Part shown: positions 10,001 to 21,035 of the stretch, piece by piece
Numbering within the stretch: position 1 is the first letter of the stretch
How the letters are laid out: every line of letters starts with the position of its first letter
NCBI GenBank assembly: GCA_004431415.1
Contig: QPMI01000470.1
Span: forward strand, 310,001 to 374,000
From: Cyanophora paradoxa CCMP329
Taxonomy: Eukaryota; Plantae; Glaucophyta
DNA length: 64,000 nt
Direction of reading: 5' to 3'
Translations under genes and position numbers: made by a program
Notes under the pieces: generated by a model
What the model was told of the DNA's origin: nothing
The model's database searches: none
The model's input: only the letters and a program-made list of their open reading frames with translations

Positions 10001-13000
10001 GCAGTTGCCGATGGGCTGGCGGTGGGAGACGGGCTCGCGCTCGGCGACGGGCTCGCGGTGGGCGACGGGCTTGCAGTGTGCGGCGGGCTTGCGCTCAGCG
10101 ACGGGCTCGCGGTGGGCGACGGGCTCGCAGTCGGCGACGGGCTCGCAGTGGGCGACGGGCTCGCGCTCGGCGACGGGTTGGCAGTTGCCGACAAGCTCGT
10201 GGTGGGCGACGGGCTTGCAGTGGGCGACGGGCTCGTAGCGGGCGACGGGCTCGAGCTCGCGGTGGGCGACGGGCTCGCGCTCTGCGACGGGCTGGCAGTC
10301 GCCGACGGGCTTGCAGTTGGTGACGGGCTCGCAGTGGGCGACGGGCTCGCGGTAGGCGACGGGCTCGCGCTCGGCGACGGGCTGGCAGTTGCCGACGGGC
10401 TTGCGGTGGGCGACGGGCTCGCGGTGGGCGACGGGCTCGCGGTGAGCGACGGGCTCGCGCTCGGCGACGGGCTGGCCGTCGCCGATGGGCTCGCAGTGGG
10501 CGATGGGCTCGCAGTTGCCGATGGGCTGGCGGTGGGAGACGGGCTCGCGCTCGGCGACGGGCTCGCGGTTGGCGACGGGCTTGCAGTGTGCGACGGGCTT
10601 GCGCTCAGCGACGGGCTCGAGGTGGGCGACGGGCTCGCAGTGGGCGACGGGCTCGCAGTCGGCGACGGGCTCGCAGTGGGCGACGGGCTCGCGCTTGGCG
10701 ACGGGTTGGCAGTTGCCGACGGGCTCGTGGTGGGTGACGGGCTTGCAGTGGGCGACGGGCTCGTAGCGGGCGACGGGCTCGCAGTTGTCGACGGGCTCGC
10801 GGTGGGTGACGGGCTCGCATGCGCAGTTGCCGACGGGTTAGCGGTGGGGGACGGGCTTGCAGTTGGCGACGGGCTCGCAGTGGGCGACGGGCTCGCGGTA
10901 GGCGACGGGCTCGCGCTCTGCGACGGGCTGGCAGTCGCCGACGTGCTTGCAGTTGGTGACGGGCTCGCAGTGGGCGACGGGCTCGCGGTAGGCGACGGGC
11001 TCGTGCTCGGCGACGGGCTGGCAGTTGCCGACGGGCTTGCGGTGGGCGACGGGCTCGCGGTGGGCGACGGGCTCGCAGTCGCCGACGGGCTTGCGGTGGG
11101 CGACGGGCTCGCGGTGGGCGACGGGCTCGCAGTGGGCGACGGGCTCGCAGTCGGCGACGGGCTCGCAGTGGGCGACGGGCTGGCAGTCGCCGACGGGCTC
11201 GCAGTGGGCGACGGGCTCGCTGTGGGCGACGGGCTCGCAGTTGCCGATGGGCTCGCGGTGGGCGACGGGCTCGCGCTCGGCGACGGGCTGGCAGTTGCCG
11301 ACGGGCTTGCGGTGGGCGACGGGCTCGCGGTGGGCGACGGGCTCGCAGTCGCCGACGGGCTTGCGGTGGGCGACGGGCTCGCGGTGGGCGACGGGCTCGC
11401 AGTCGGCGACGGGCTCGCGGTAGGCGACGGGCTCGCGCTCGGCGACGGGCTGGCAGTTGCCGACGGGCTTGCGGTGGGCGACGGGCTCGCGGTGGGCGAC
11501 GGGCTCGCAGTCGCCGACGGGCTCGCAGTGGGCGACGGGCTCACGGTGGGCGACGGGCTCGCATGCGCAGTTGCCGACGGTCTCGCGGTGGGGGGCGGGC
11601 TTGCAGTTGGCGATGGGCTTGCAGTGGGCGACGGGCTCGCGGTAGGCGACGGGCTCGCGCTCGGCGACGGGCTGGCAGTCGTCGACGGGCTTGCAGTTGG
11701 TGACGGGCTCGCAGTGGGCGACGGGCTCGCGGTAGGCGACGGGCTCGCGCTCGGCGACGGGCTGGCAGCTGCAGTCGCCGAAGGGCTTGCGGTGGGCGAC
11801 GGTCTCGCGGTGGGCGACGGGCTCGCAGTTGGCGACGGGCTCGCGCTGGGCGACGGGCTCGCGCTCGGCGACGGGCTGGCAGTTGCCGACGGGCTCGCAG
11901 TCGGCGACGGGCTCGCGGTGGGCGACGGGCTCGCGCTCGGCGACGGGCTGGCAGTCGCCGACGGACTCGCAGTCGCCGGCGGGCTCGCAGTGGGCGAAGG
12001 GCTCGCCGTTGCAATCGGTTGCGGGCTCGGGCTTGGGTGTTCTGATTCGAATTCAATCTGGCAGCGAATGCCGGAGCTATCGACCTGCAGATTCGAAAGG
12101 TTAGCAAGGCCTGCATGTACATGCATCTATAAATATTTCCAGCGAAGTCTGTTTAACGAAGTTTTTGTCTTCTGCGCCCTTAAGCTGGCAGGGATATGCA
12201 TGGCATCCGGAACTGTTTGCGTTCTCGCACGTTTTCTCCTGCCTGGCATGTTGCAACGCAAGAGCTACCGTCCGAAGAAATCTGCAAATGTGCGCGGAAA
12301 AGCCGTGGCATGGTATGTCATGTTCACGATTGCAATATTGTATATGACATACGAATTCTCGCGCGCACATATTCTCCTTCCCCGCAATTTGCGACACATC
12401 GTGTTCCTGCATTACCAACCTGCACAATGCACGATTGTTCATCGAGAGTTACCCAATAACTTGCTATAGATAGCACGTACGTATTCTCCTTCCCCACAAT
12501 TCGCGATGCAGCGAGTTCCCGTAAAGTCGATCTGCGCAAGGCATGGTTGTCAGATGTGCGCATGCGCAAAAGCTGAGTAGGTTATAATTGAGATAGTGCG
12601 CACGTATTCGCTTTCCCCGCAAGCCCAGGCACAGTGAGTGCCGATGGAGTTGATCTGCGCGTGTAATGCTTGAGTGTCGGTTTAAAATTTGTCATAGTTA
12701 TCGCTCCCTTTAACTCCTCACCCCCCACTCCCCATGCTGCCCCCAATACTGCAAGAGCGTACGAATAGGTTATTGCTTCCATGTTCTCCGCATACTGAAA
12801 CGCAACTCTCTACACCCCAATAATCGATCTGTGAGTGCAGTGGCCCCGTCAGCGACTCTTAAGGCCTCCTGCAAATCACAGTTGTGCACACGTATTCGTT
12901 TTCTCCGCACGCCGCGACGCAGTGGCGGCGCGTCTTGTCAACCTGCGCAGCAGCTCTAAGTCGTCGAAAAGCCCCCGTTCCATTTCAGTCTCAGCGCGCG

Positions 13001-16000
13001 CACGTATTTGTTAACTCCACATGTAGGACATGTACACGATTGAACACACTGACGGTCCACCGGGTTTATCTGCAACCGCGGTTAACCGCATTGTCGCAAT
13101 CGATTGCGAGTGTGCCGGCCATCCGGGCGCACGTATTCTTCATCCCCGCATGCTGTAACACACCGCTGGCCTTCCCAATGAATCTGTCCACATCTGCGTG
13201 AGCGACCGCGATCGCGATCATACAATGAAGTTCAGCGCACATATTCGTCTTGCTTGCACTCCGTAACACAGCGAGTGCCAGTTGAGTCGCGCTGATTGTG
13301 GACGCAATTATGATCAGATCTAGAGGGGGTACAGACAGTGCTTCAGGACCCCCAAAACGCACGTATTCGCCATTCCCGCACCACCCAACGCAAACGCGGC
13401 CCGTTGAGTCGATCTGCATTTTCGTATTAAAACATGCCCGCGCGAGCGCTAGCGATCCCTTTGAAATTTTTGGCTAGTTATCATGACTGGTTCCGTTAAT
13501 TATAATATTGATATGCATGCACTCCCTCCGGACTCGGGGCTAGCGTTGAACGCACGTATTCGCCCACCGCACACTCGGCAACGCAGCTGCTGCTTGTCGA
13601 CGGAGAAGTCGATTCTCTGATCTGCGTATGTCCGCGACACAATTTTTATTTCTTCAGTAAGTCTTCAATAATGTGGCATGACCGGACAGGGCGCACAAAT
13701 TCGCCTTCTCCGCACGCAGAAACGCAGCGAGTACCCGCCAAATCGACCTGTACATGAATTGCCCCCCTCGATTAAGCAACCGATCGAGTATCCTCTGCAG
13801 GAAATTTAAACCCGCACAAGAAGTCAAATAACGCACATATTCTCCTGCTCCGCACACCGAAACACATCTGCGACTCGCTGACGCGATCTGCGCGTGCGTG
13901 CAGTAATTATGATTGATTTGTCTTGATCCTCCGGCGACAGCTCGAACGTTGACGCACGAATGTGCCTTGTGGGCATGTAGATACACAGGTCAAAGTCTCT
14001 GAATTGACCTGGTAGCAACATGCTTATACAATGTAAAAAATGTTTTATTCGCCGCTGCAGCACTCACGTATTCGGTTTGTTCGCATTGTTTGCAACCTCT
14101 CGCAAATGTATCGAATGAGTAAAAAGTCTGCGCGATAAATAAGCCAGGTATATATTTAATCAAGCGGCGGAAGCAACGTTTGTGTGACTACAGCTTCTGC
14201 GCACCACTTCGTCATCGGGACACATTGATATGCAGCGAGTCATCGAGCTGTCAATCTGTTCTGGATGGTCAATTTATTTGATTTCAAGCTCCCCGGCATT
14301 TAACGTAAGACAACCGTAATGCACATATTCATTCCAACCGCACGATTCAACGCAGCCATCGCCTGCAAGATCGATCTGAACGCCACATCAGGAGACATCG
14401 TCAGTCGCCGCTCCACTTGTACATGTGCAAAAAACCAAAAGTGTGCGCACAAACGTTCCGGTTTCGCAACGTATACTTGGACGGGGAGACGGACTGGGGG
14501 ATGGGGTTGGAGTCGGGGATGGGCCGGGAGTTGGGCTCGGGGTCGGAGTGGGAGAAGGGCGCCGAGAAGGCGTCGGGGACGGGCTTGGAGTCTGGCTGCG
14601 CGTTGGGCTGGGCGTAGGGCGAGAGCGCACGAACGTCGAGTTTTCGAAGACGCAGCAATATGCACTCTCGAAAAAGGCTTGTCCGTTCCCTTCAGAGTCG
14701 GTTTCAACGCTGCAGCAGTATTCTCGCAACTGGCCGTCGTTCGCAGCGCAAGTCGCATTGGGTCCCGTCGCAACGATGGTGGCTTCCGTCGAGCCGCCAC
14801 GAAGCACTGTGGCGAGCTCGCCGCACACACGCGCAGCGAGAGGCTCACGGTCCGCGACAAGAAATGCCCCCGAAATCGAGAGTTCGATCCCTGCACTTTT
14901 CAGGCTGCCGTGGACGATCGGAAGTGGCTCGATACTTTCAGAGCCATTATAGTAGACGCGATAAATACGTGGGGCTGCGCGTTCGCAAAGAAATCGATAA
15001 ACCAAATTAAATCTAGAATCTTGTAATCCTGAACATGAGTTACCTCCAAGAATTGCGGCGCCGACCGCGGAAAGCGAATTCGAAGTCGACGACGTCGCGG
15101 AAGGAGGCGAGAAAGCATGCACATTGGCTTCGTTGCTAAAAATGTCCACCTCAATTGGCCCCGCGAAATGTGAAAGCTGCGGCGTGGAGAACATGATCTT
15201 GCTAGTCGAAGAGCCTGCGAGTGCTACAAGAGTTGCCAGAATTCCGTGGTCGGCAACCAAGGAGCTTGAGCGCAGTCGCACGACTGGCAGCCCTGCCGTG
15301 GCTTCGAACATGCTACTCCCGCTGATGGTTATGGTTTGCAGCCCCGAAGCACGCCAGTTCTTTGGCTGTATGGCCGACACAGAGCCTGTAAAGGTAAATT
15401 TACATTTCTGTATATACAAAGTTCATGAGATTCAGACGTTATAATTACCTTGAAGGCGAATAGAAAGGGTCGTGCTCTGGCTGCACAGCGAACCTCGCGA
15501 ACCGACGACGACGTGCACGAGCTGGCCGGAGAGAAGAGCCAATCCTCGGGAGGAAAGACTGTCGACGTCCTCCTGGGCTGTTGGGGATGAGGCTATCGTC
15601 TGCAGCGCGGTGCATGCTGTGTCGCGAATTTCGATGACTGGCCACACGGCAGAGTTGACATTGTCGAGAATTGCTGGGGTGGCGAACATGTCGAAGCTGT
15701 AGTTCCCCGAAACGCTCGCTGTGAACGCCCATCGCCCACCGTAAGACGTTGCGACAGACGCGACGAAGTTGCCGTCCTCCTGTGCTTGAAGCGGACGAGC
15801 GCAAAGAGAGCCAAGCACGTTGGATCCAAGGCGGAGCTCTTTGGGCTCGGAGGCAAGAAGGGGGATGCACGGCCCGCGGGGTACATCTGCGTGAAAAACA
15901 ATGAAGAGCTTCTAAGACCTCGAATAGAACGCGAAGCTTGTGCACGGTCTGTGATGTTGACGATGTTGTCTGCAATGAAGGCGATGCGATCATCATCCAC

Positions 16001-17221
16001 GCTGGAAACACGAATAGAGTAGACGCCGGAAGGAAATGTATCGTTCAGCACCACGAATGCAGTCGTCTGCTGGAGAGAGTCGGAGATATTAAGAAGCGGT
16101 ATCCAGATGCCGCTGGTTCCCGATTTGCGCCCGATGCTGACGGAGAATACACGAAACGAGGGATCGACATGCCAGGCTATCTCGTGCGTCTTCCCGTACT
16201 TCCAATAGGTCAAGCTCCCGTTGACCGGACTCGTAATCGAAATCCGCGGCACTGCTTGCGTGATCAGTGAACATGGACGACTGTTTCGCGTTCGAATTCA
16301 ATGCGATTCGCGAATATTAGTGCAACTTATTCGTTTCTTTATCGTTTATGTCACAAACCGGGACGAATGAGTATCGGTGTAGATATTGCCAGAGTTTCGG
16401 GGCATCCAGAACTTGTCAGCGCAAAAACATAGCTCCCAGATTGCAGGGACTCTGGTGGCTGCAAAAGAGGTTGTGGTTGTATACACACTAAAACTTTATA
16501 TGTGGGGTAGGATTGCACCGTCCAGTTGTAGCTTCCAGCAAAATTGCTTCCGGAGGGCGCGTCGGTGGCGATCGTAAGAACATCAGAGAGCGAAGTGGAC
16601 TTCAGGACAATGGTCAACGTAGGAATTGTGCCCTGCCAAGTGTATGAAATAATGCACGACCAGCCTGTGAAACATCTCGTGGGAACGGCTGCCGTTATTC
16701 TCGGATACCAGGCTGCATCAATATTAAAGTGACGAAAAGGCGAGCTCGAATTCGAACCGGCGCAGGTCGTGCGCACAGCATTTTGGGGTTAGGCCGCTAC
16801 AAGAACTCATCGCCGATGTGACCCTCCAGTCATAATGATATCCCGTGTTTGTAGCGGCTGGATTGCCTACCGCCGCGGTGACTCGCGCTGGAAAGCAGTC
16901 TGTGCATGCATACGCGGTCAAGCTGGATTCCCCATTCGGGCACGATACGGTCGTGGTACTTTGCCCAGAGAGCGAGGAAGACATTGCCGCCATTGCAATT
17001 TTATTGGACCTGCAAGGAAAAAGGGACTTCGAAAAATCGCAAGATCGAAGCATGCGCAATAAAACAGCTCGAAATAGTCTTATAAGCACAAGGTGCAAAC
17101 CTCGTGTAAAGCCTGATGGATTCATGGTACGGCGAGTTCTCGCTCGTACACTGCATGGAGTACGTGGCAGAACAACCTGTATTTGATTTGTTAAAAACCA
17201 TCGCAGGTTCATTACCATTGC

Positions 17222-17258
<37 letters not shown>

Positions 17259-19033
17259 TATCATTACCAGGGGGTACTGTGAGGGTCGGCAGGTAATCTG
17301 TTCCCTGGAAGCCTGTCGACGCGTAGGTTGGGGGAACAGTGCCAATTTCGTCGCCCGCCAGACCCGGAGGACAAGTCGGCGTCGAGCTTGTAAGGCCTGT
17401 GCACTTGCTCTGACCTAGAGATTCGAAATTAAAGACAGGCTTATCTAGATGTGTCCAGGTGGCTATCTCAGGGGCGAAAGTGCGTATACCTGTGATTAAC
17501 CAGCGTAGAGTTACCCAAGAGCTGGAAGGGAGGGCTGTGGTTCGAATCGTAGAGAAATCGACAAGAGCGCAGCGACCCGCAGCAAAATCCAGCGCTGCCT
17601 CGCTAAATGTGCCCTTCAGAGCTCGAGTATGCATCGTCGCCGAAGTCTTAAAGGCCCCGTTGTGCACATTGACCTGATCCGGACCAGGTTCCGGGAGACT
17701 GAAATACGGGAACGCAAGCTGCACGCTTTGCCCTTCTCCACCGCATATGACTTTGCAGAGTCCAGCGCTGCCCGCTGAGGGCCTCCACGTGTACAGGCCG
17801 CTGGTCTCTTTGTGGAAGGCGCAAGTGGTTTCGTATGGGATCGGGGCCGGCGTCACTGAACGGGCAAAAATTATCGATGCAATGACAGTTTTGCAGGGAT
17901 ACTTGCAGCGCATAAATGAATTTGAATCGCACCAACAGGAGTCGGAGCAACGGCCGCCGCGAGCCCAACGAAACCCGCAAATTGTCTAGCACCGTCCGAT
18001 GAAAATTTCAGCAGCAGACAGTTGGAGAAGGACAGGAATGAGAGAGCCGGATAGCTTCCGCTGTAGCTGCCGAACTTCGAAGCTGCCGAGGCCGTGGTTC
18101 CTGCACGGCCCCCGTCGAAACAAAAGATGTAAAGGATTTATAATAACGTCTTGACGCGCACCATCAAATACGGTTAGGACGTCATATCCGGCCTCAGTGG
18201 CGAAGCTACTGAAGCCGACGAAAATGCGCTGGCGGGTAGCATTCGAAGCGCATACAAGCCAGCAGCTTTTCGTGTTTGCAGCGTACTCCGAGATCCCTGG
18301 AGGGTTACTCTGAATCGATCCTCCGCTGGAGACGGAAACCGTCGAGGGGCAGCTCCACATTTCATTGAGTGGAAGCGTTGCAGCGCTTGATGTGCTCCCC
18401 GGATCCATGCCTGTCAGAAACATGCTAGTAAGCTCATGAGCATTTCATGATGATCAGAGGAATAAAGTATTAATCTATTCTGTTAAATGCGCACTTCCCG
18501 ACGGGTGACCGGACTGCATCATCGGTTGTATATTCGATACCTTTACATTGAGCTTTCTTGTGGCTGTGGTGAAGAACGAGTCTCTAACAGTAACTGTAAT
18601 CTGAAGACAAAATCGTGAGTTCCTCAAAAAGCTGTGGAAGAGCAGTGCTAGTCGAACCACAACTTCGGCGTTCGGGGCGGAAGCGGCAACCGCAAGCTCG
18701 AGAGTATACGATTTCTCGAATCCTGACAGCGTCCAAGTGATGCTTGAAGATGAAGACTCGATGGTGAAGCTCTCAGGAGAGAAAGTGCCTTTGTTGCGGC
18801 TGCTTGCGCGGATTTCGATTGAGTGTTGTGCTCCTGGTGCCAAATTGAGGGAGGGAGGCAACCCCCCGATCACCGGTGCTGTTACGTTCGCACGATATTA
18901 ATCAGCATCCGTACGCGTCTGTCCATATGCATGCAACGACGACACGCGCGCCATAAATAGTCACGGATTTGAGCTCTATCTCGTCTCCGTTGCTTCTCCA
19001 CACCCTTTCAAGTCGATGAAGAGCCCAGTTGCA
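7033..19033 (-). CDS. 3' part of a very large multi-exon secreted/cell-surface protein gene (CUB, Ig-like and Cys-rich modules, Ser/Pro/Thr stalk); 3' end uncertain
   Basis: A chain of minus-strand exons. It includes a CUB exon ([23 protein letters not shown]...[18 protein letters not shown]), Ig-like exons ([24 protein letters not shown]), Cys microexons and the SPSPTA exon. Splice phases match wherever I checked them. Confidence 0.7.
8786..12010 (-). repeat. Coding 18-bp minisatellite, ~180 copies, encoding (SPSPTA)n mucin/extensin-like stalk
   Basis: The unit ggcgacgggctcgcagtg repeats over ~3.2 kb. ORF 8644..12126(-) stays open throughout and is entered through an acceptor (gcag|GTC GAT AGC). 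Confidence 0.95.
12230..14460 (-). other. Array of ~17 phase-0 microexons (about 51-69 nt), each encoding one xDxxxxxCVxxCGxxEY unit
   Basis: Examples: cag|[17 protein letters not shown]|gtgcgt, cag|[17 protein letters not shown]|gtgtgc, cag|[17 protein letters not shown]|gtacgt, cag|[17 protein letters not shown]|gtgcgc, cag|[17 protein letters not shown]|gtgcat. Confidence 0.85.
17224..17256. repeat. (AT)n microsatellite, probably intronic
   Basis: A perfect AT dinucleotide run just upstream of a ctgcaat/cag-type junction in the host gene. Confidence 0.95.
19028..19033. repeat. Target-site duplication GTTGCA, left copy (right copy at 30631-30636)
   Basis: Left junction ccca-GTTGCA-aaaaaatgagagt; right junction actctcatttttt-GTTGCA-caag. 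Confidence 0.9.
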
Positions 19034-19466
19034 AAAAAATGAGAGTACCCCCATCAGGGTGGGCCCGCCCTCTTTGCCACCCTCACCCCTCCAAAACCAC
19101 CCCATCCCACCCACTCCAGCGCCTTCCCAGCCCTCATTCTTTCCCACTCTCTCGCTACGTCTACCGCCCTTCTCTCCCTCTGGTCTACCTCCCCTTCCAT
19201 CCAGCAACCGCTAGGTAGTATCTAACGTCTACTCCAATCGATCTTGCAAAAGATATAGCAGTGATTTGAGACGGGCCCCCAACGCGACGGTCTGCAGAGA
19301 TAGCTTAATCAGCAGCTAGGCGTTAATACTGTGTTCTTCCTATCTAAATAGCGGAGAGGTTTCCAGGTTCTAGCTAGACGATAAAACTATATAATCGAAG
19401 CTGATTGCATATGCGAGTTTAGGTTCTAGTTAGTCAATAATACTGTGTGGATGATAGCGCCGGTCT
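19034..19466 (+). repeat. Left terminal inverted repeat (433 bp)
   Basis: Reverse complement of 30199-30630. The only difference I found is a C5 versus G4 homopolymer indel. The match extends 8 more bp with one mismatch. Confidence 0.95.
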
Positions 19467-19516
19467 GTGAATCAGCGATCTGACACCTATGAGTGAGGTT
19501 GCCTAGAAGCTTGGAG

Positions 19517-19930
19517 ATCTTGGACGTGAACTTTTGTCCAAAGTCACTAGGCGACCTTGGACGTGAACTTTTGTCCAAAGTCACGAACTCCAAAACGCCA
19601 CCCAAGTAAACTAGCAATTCGTGCAGGCGTCTCCTATAGTGCAAACGAGGCTATACTAGAGGTCGGATCGTGCAAAACATGCGTTGGGATGTGCCAGCAG
19701 GGTTGAGGATCTTGGACGTGAACTTTTGTCCAAAGTCACGAACTCCAGAACGACACCCAAGTCAGCTAGCAACTCGTGCAGACATCTCCAATAGTGCAAA
19801 CGAGGCTATACTAGAGGTTGGATTGTGCAAAACATGCGTTGGGATGTGCCAGCAGGGTTGAGGATCTTGGACGTGAACTTTTGTCCAAAGTCGCTTAGCG
19901 ACCTCTGGACGTGAACATTTGTCCAAAGTA
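19517..19930. repeat. Five copies of a dyad motif TTGGAC-gtgaactttt-GTCCAA, partly embedded in two 155-bp tandem units
   Basis: The motif occurs at 19520, 19557, 19712, 19867 and 19905 (variant). Segments 19557-19711 and 19712-19866 are diverged duplicates. Confidence 0.9.
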
Positions 19931-19960
19931 CTTGTGGACATGCCTCGAAGTTTTTTAAAA

Positions 19961-20157
19961 AATAGATATAACCTATGGGCATTGCCCAGAAGTATTAAAA
20001 GAATAGATATTACCTATAGGCATTGCCCAGAAGTATTAAAAGAATAGATATCACCTATGGGCATTGCCCAGAAGTATTAAAAGAATAGATATTACCTTTG
20101 GGCATTGCCCAGAAGTATTAAAAGAATAGATATTACCTTTGGGCATTGCCCAGAAGT
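19961..20157. repeat. Five tandem 41-bp repeats with the palindrome TGGGCA-T-TGCCCA
   Basis: aatagatat recurs at 19961, 20002, 20043, 20084 and 20125. An inverted partial copy (ttaatacttctggacattgcc) follows at ~20171. Confidence 0.92.
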
Positions 20158-20187
20158 TACTTAATATATATTAATACTTCTGGACAT

Positions 20188-20307
20188 TGCCAGCATAGAA
20201 GTTTAGAAACTAATATTTCACTTTTATGCCAGCATAGAAGTTTAGAAACTAATACTTCACTTTTATGCCAGCATAGAAGTTTAGAAACTAATACTTCACT
20301 TTTATGC
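20188..20307. repeat. Three tandem 39-bp repeats
   Basis: tgccagcatagaagtttagaaactaatayttcactttta starts at 20188, 20227 and 20266. Confidence 0.92.
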
Positions 20308-20361
20308 TAGCTTACTGTAATTCGACCATTTTTCGGGTAAGACTTTCTCTGCGCCACTCGG

Positions 20362-21009
20362 TCACTCCCAGCGATGCCGGAGCCCTAGCTTAGTGAAGCC
20401 GCTCAGCATTGGCTTGTACTCGATCGCCGGCCCGACAGGATCAGCACTGCTAGAGGCGATGCGCAGGATCGATGCGTTAGCTACAGGCAGCTCGCTAGCA
20501 TTCTCATCGACCTCAGGGATCGCAACGATCGTCTTGGCAGGAACAGCAGCTGCAGGAGGGGCAACCTTCTTCTCGATCTTTGTCTTCGTGATCGGTTCAT
20601 TTAAAATCTTGTTTTCCATCTTAGTCTCAGCCGCGATGCCAGCTATAAGGTCACTAGCTCGCTTCTTTGAAACTGTCTTAAGACCGGTCACAGTTTTAAT
20701 GAAATACCTGCTACGATTAGCCGTCTCTGAGATGTACAGCGGCCCATCGTCAGTATCCTTTAGCTTGCTAGTCTTGGTCTTCTTAGTCCGCGAATTCGGG
20801 ATCTTATCAAGAATAGCGTTCTCGTCGGCGGTAAGAGCGTAATCGATGGATGCACCCTCACCGCCACCAGCGCGACGGACTAGCGGGTAAGCACCAGTAT
20901 CACCACTCAAGAACTCGATGTGATTCTTCTTAGTAGGGCTGGAAGCGACTTCAAGCTGCGGAGTGCGCAGCCGAGACTGCATGTCTGTCGACTTCTTTCG
21001 CGGAGGCAT
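20362..21009 (-). CDS. Viral hypothetical protein, Lys-rich (possible core/DNA-condensing protein)
   Basis: Intronless 215-aa ORF starting MPPRKKS, just downstream of the penton gene. I recognise no family. Confidence 0.65.
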   Translation of the reverse strand: MPPRKKSTDMQSRLRTPQLEVASSPTKKNHIEFLSGDTGAYPLVRRAGGGEGASIDYALTADENAILDKIPNSRTKKTKTSKLKDTDDGPLYISETANRSRYFIKTVTGLKTVSKKRASDLIAGIAAETKMENKILNEPITKTKIEKKVAPPAAAVPAKTIVAIPEVDENASELPVANASILRIASSSADPVGPAIEYKPMLSGFTKLGLRHRWE

Positions 21010-21035
21010 CTTTTAACTAAGCAGTGGGAAAAAAC

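Noticed and set aside
8786-12469. 1227-aa + strand ORF (GDGLAV)n
   Set aside because: It is the antisense shadow of the SPSPTA repeat. Splice sites and neighbouring exons support the minus strand.
18902-19214. Short ORFs in the TIRs (mirrored at 30446-30736)
   Set aside because: They cross the element boundary and reflect the low-complexity C/G tract. The only real coding part is the interrupted host exon.
19517-20307. Palindromic ~30-bp repeats resembling a CRISPR array
   Set aside because: The spacers are irregular (about 9 versus 125 bp) and duplicates of each other, the other arrays have no spacers, there are no cas genes, and the context is a eukaryotic virus.
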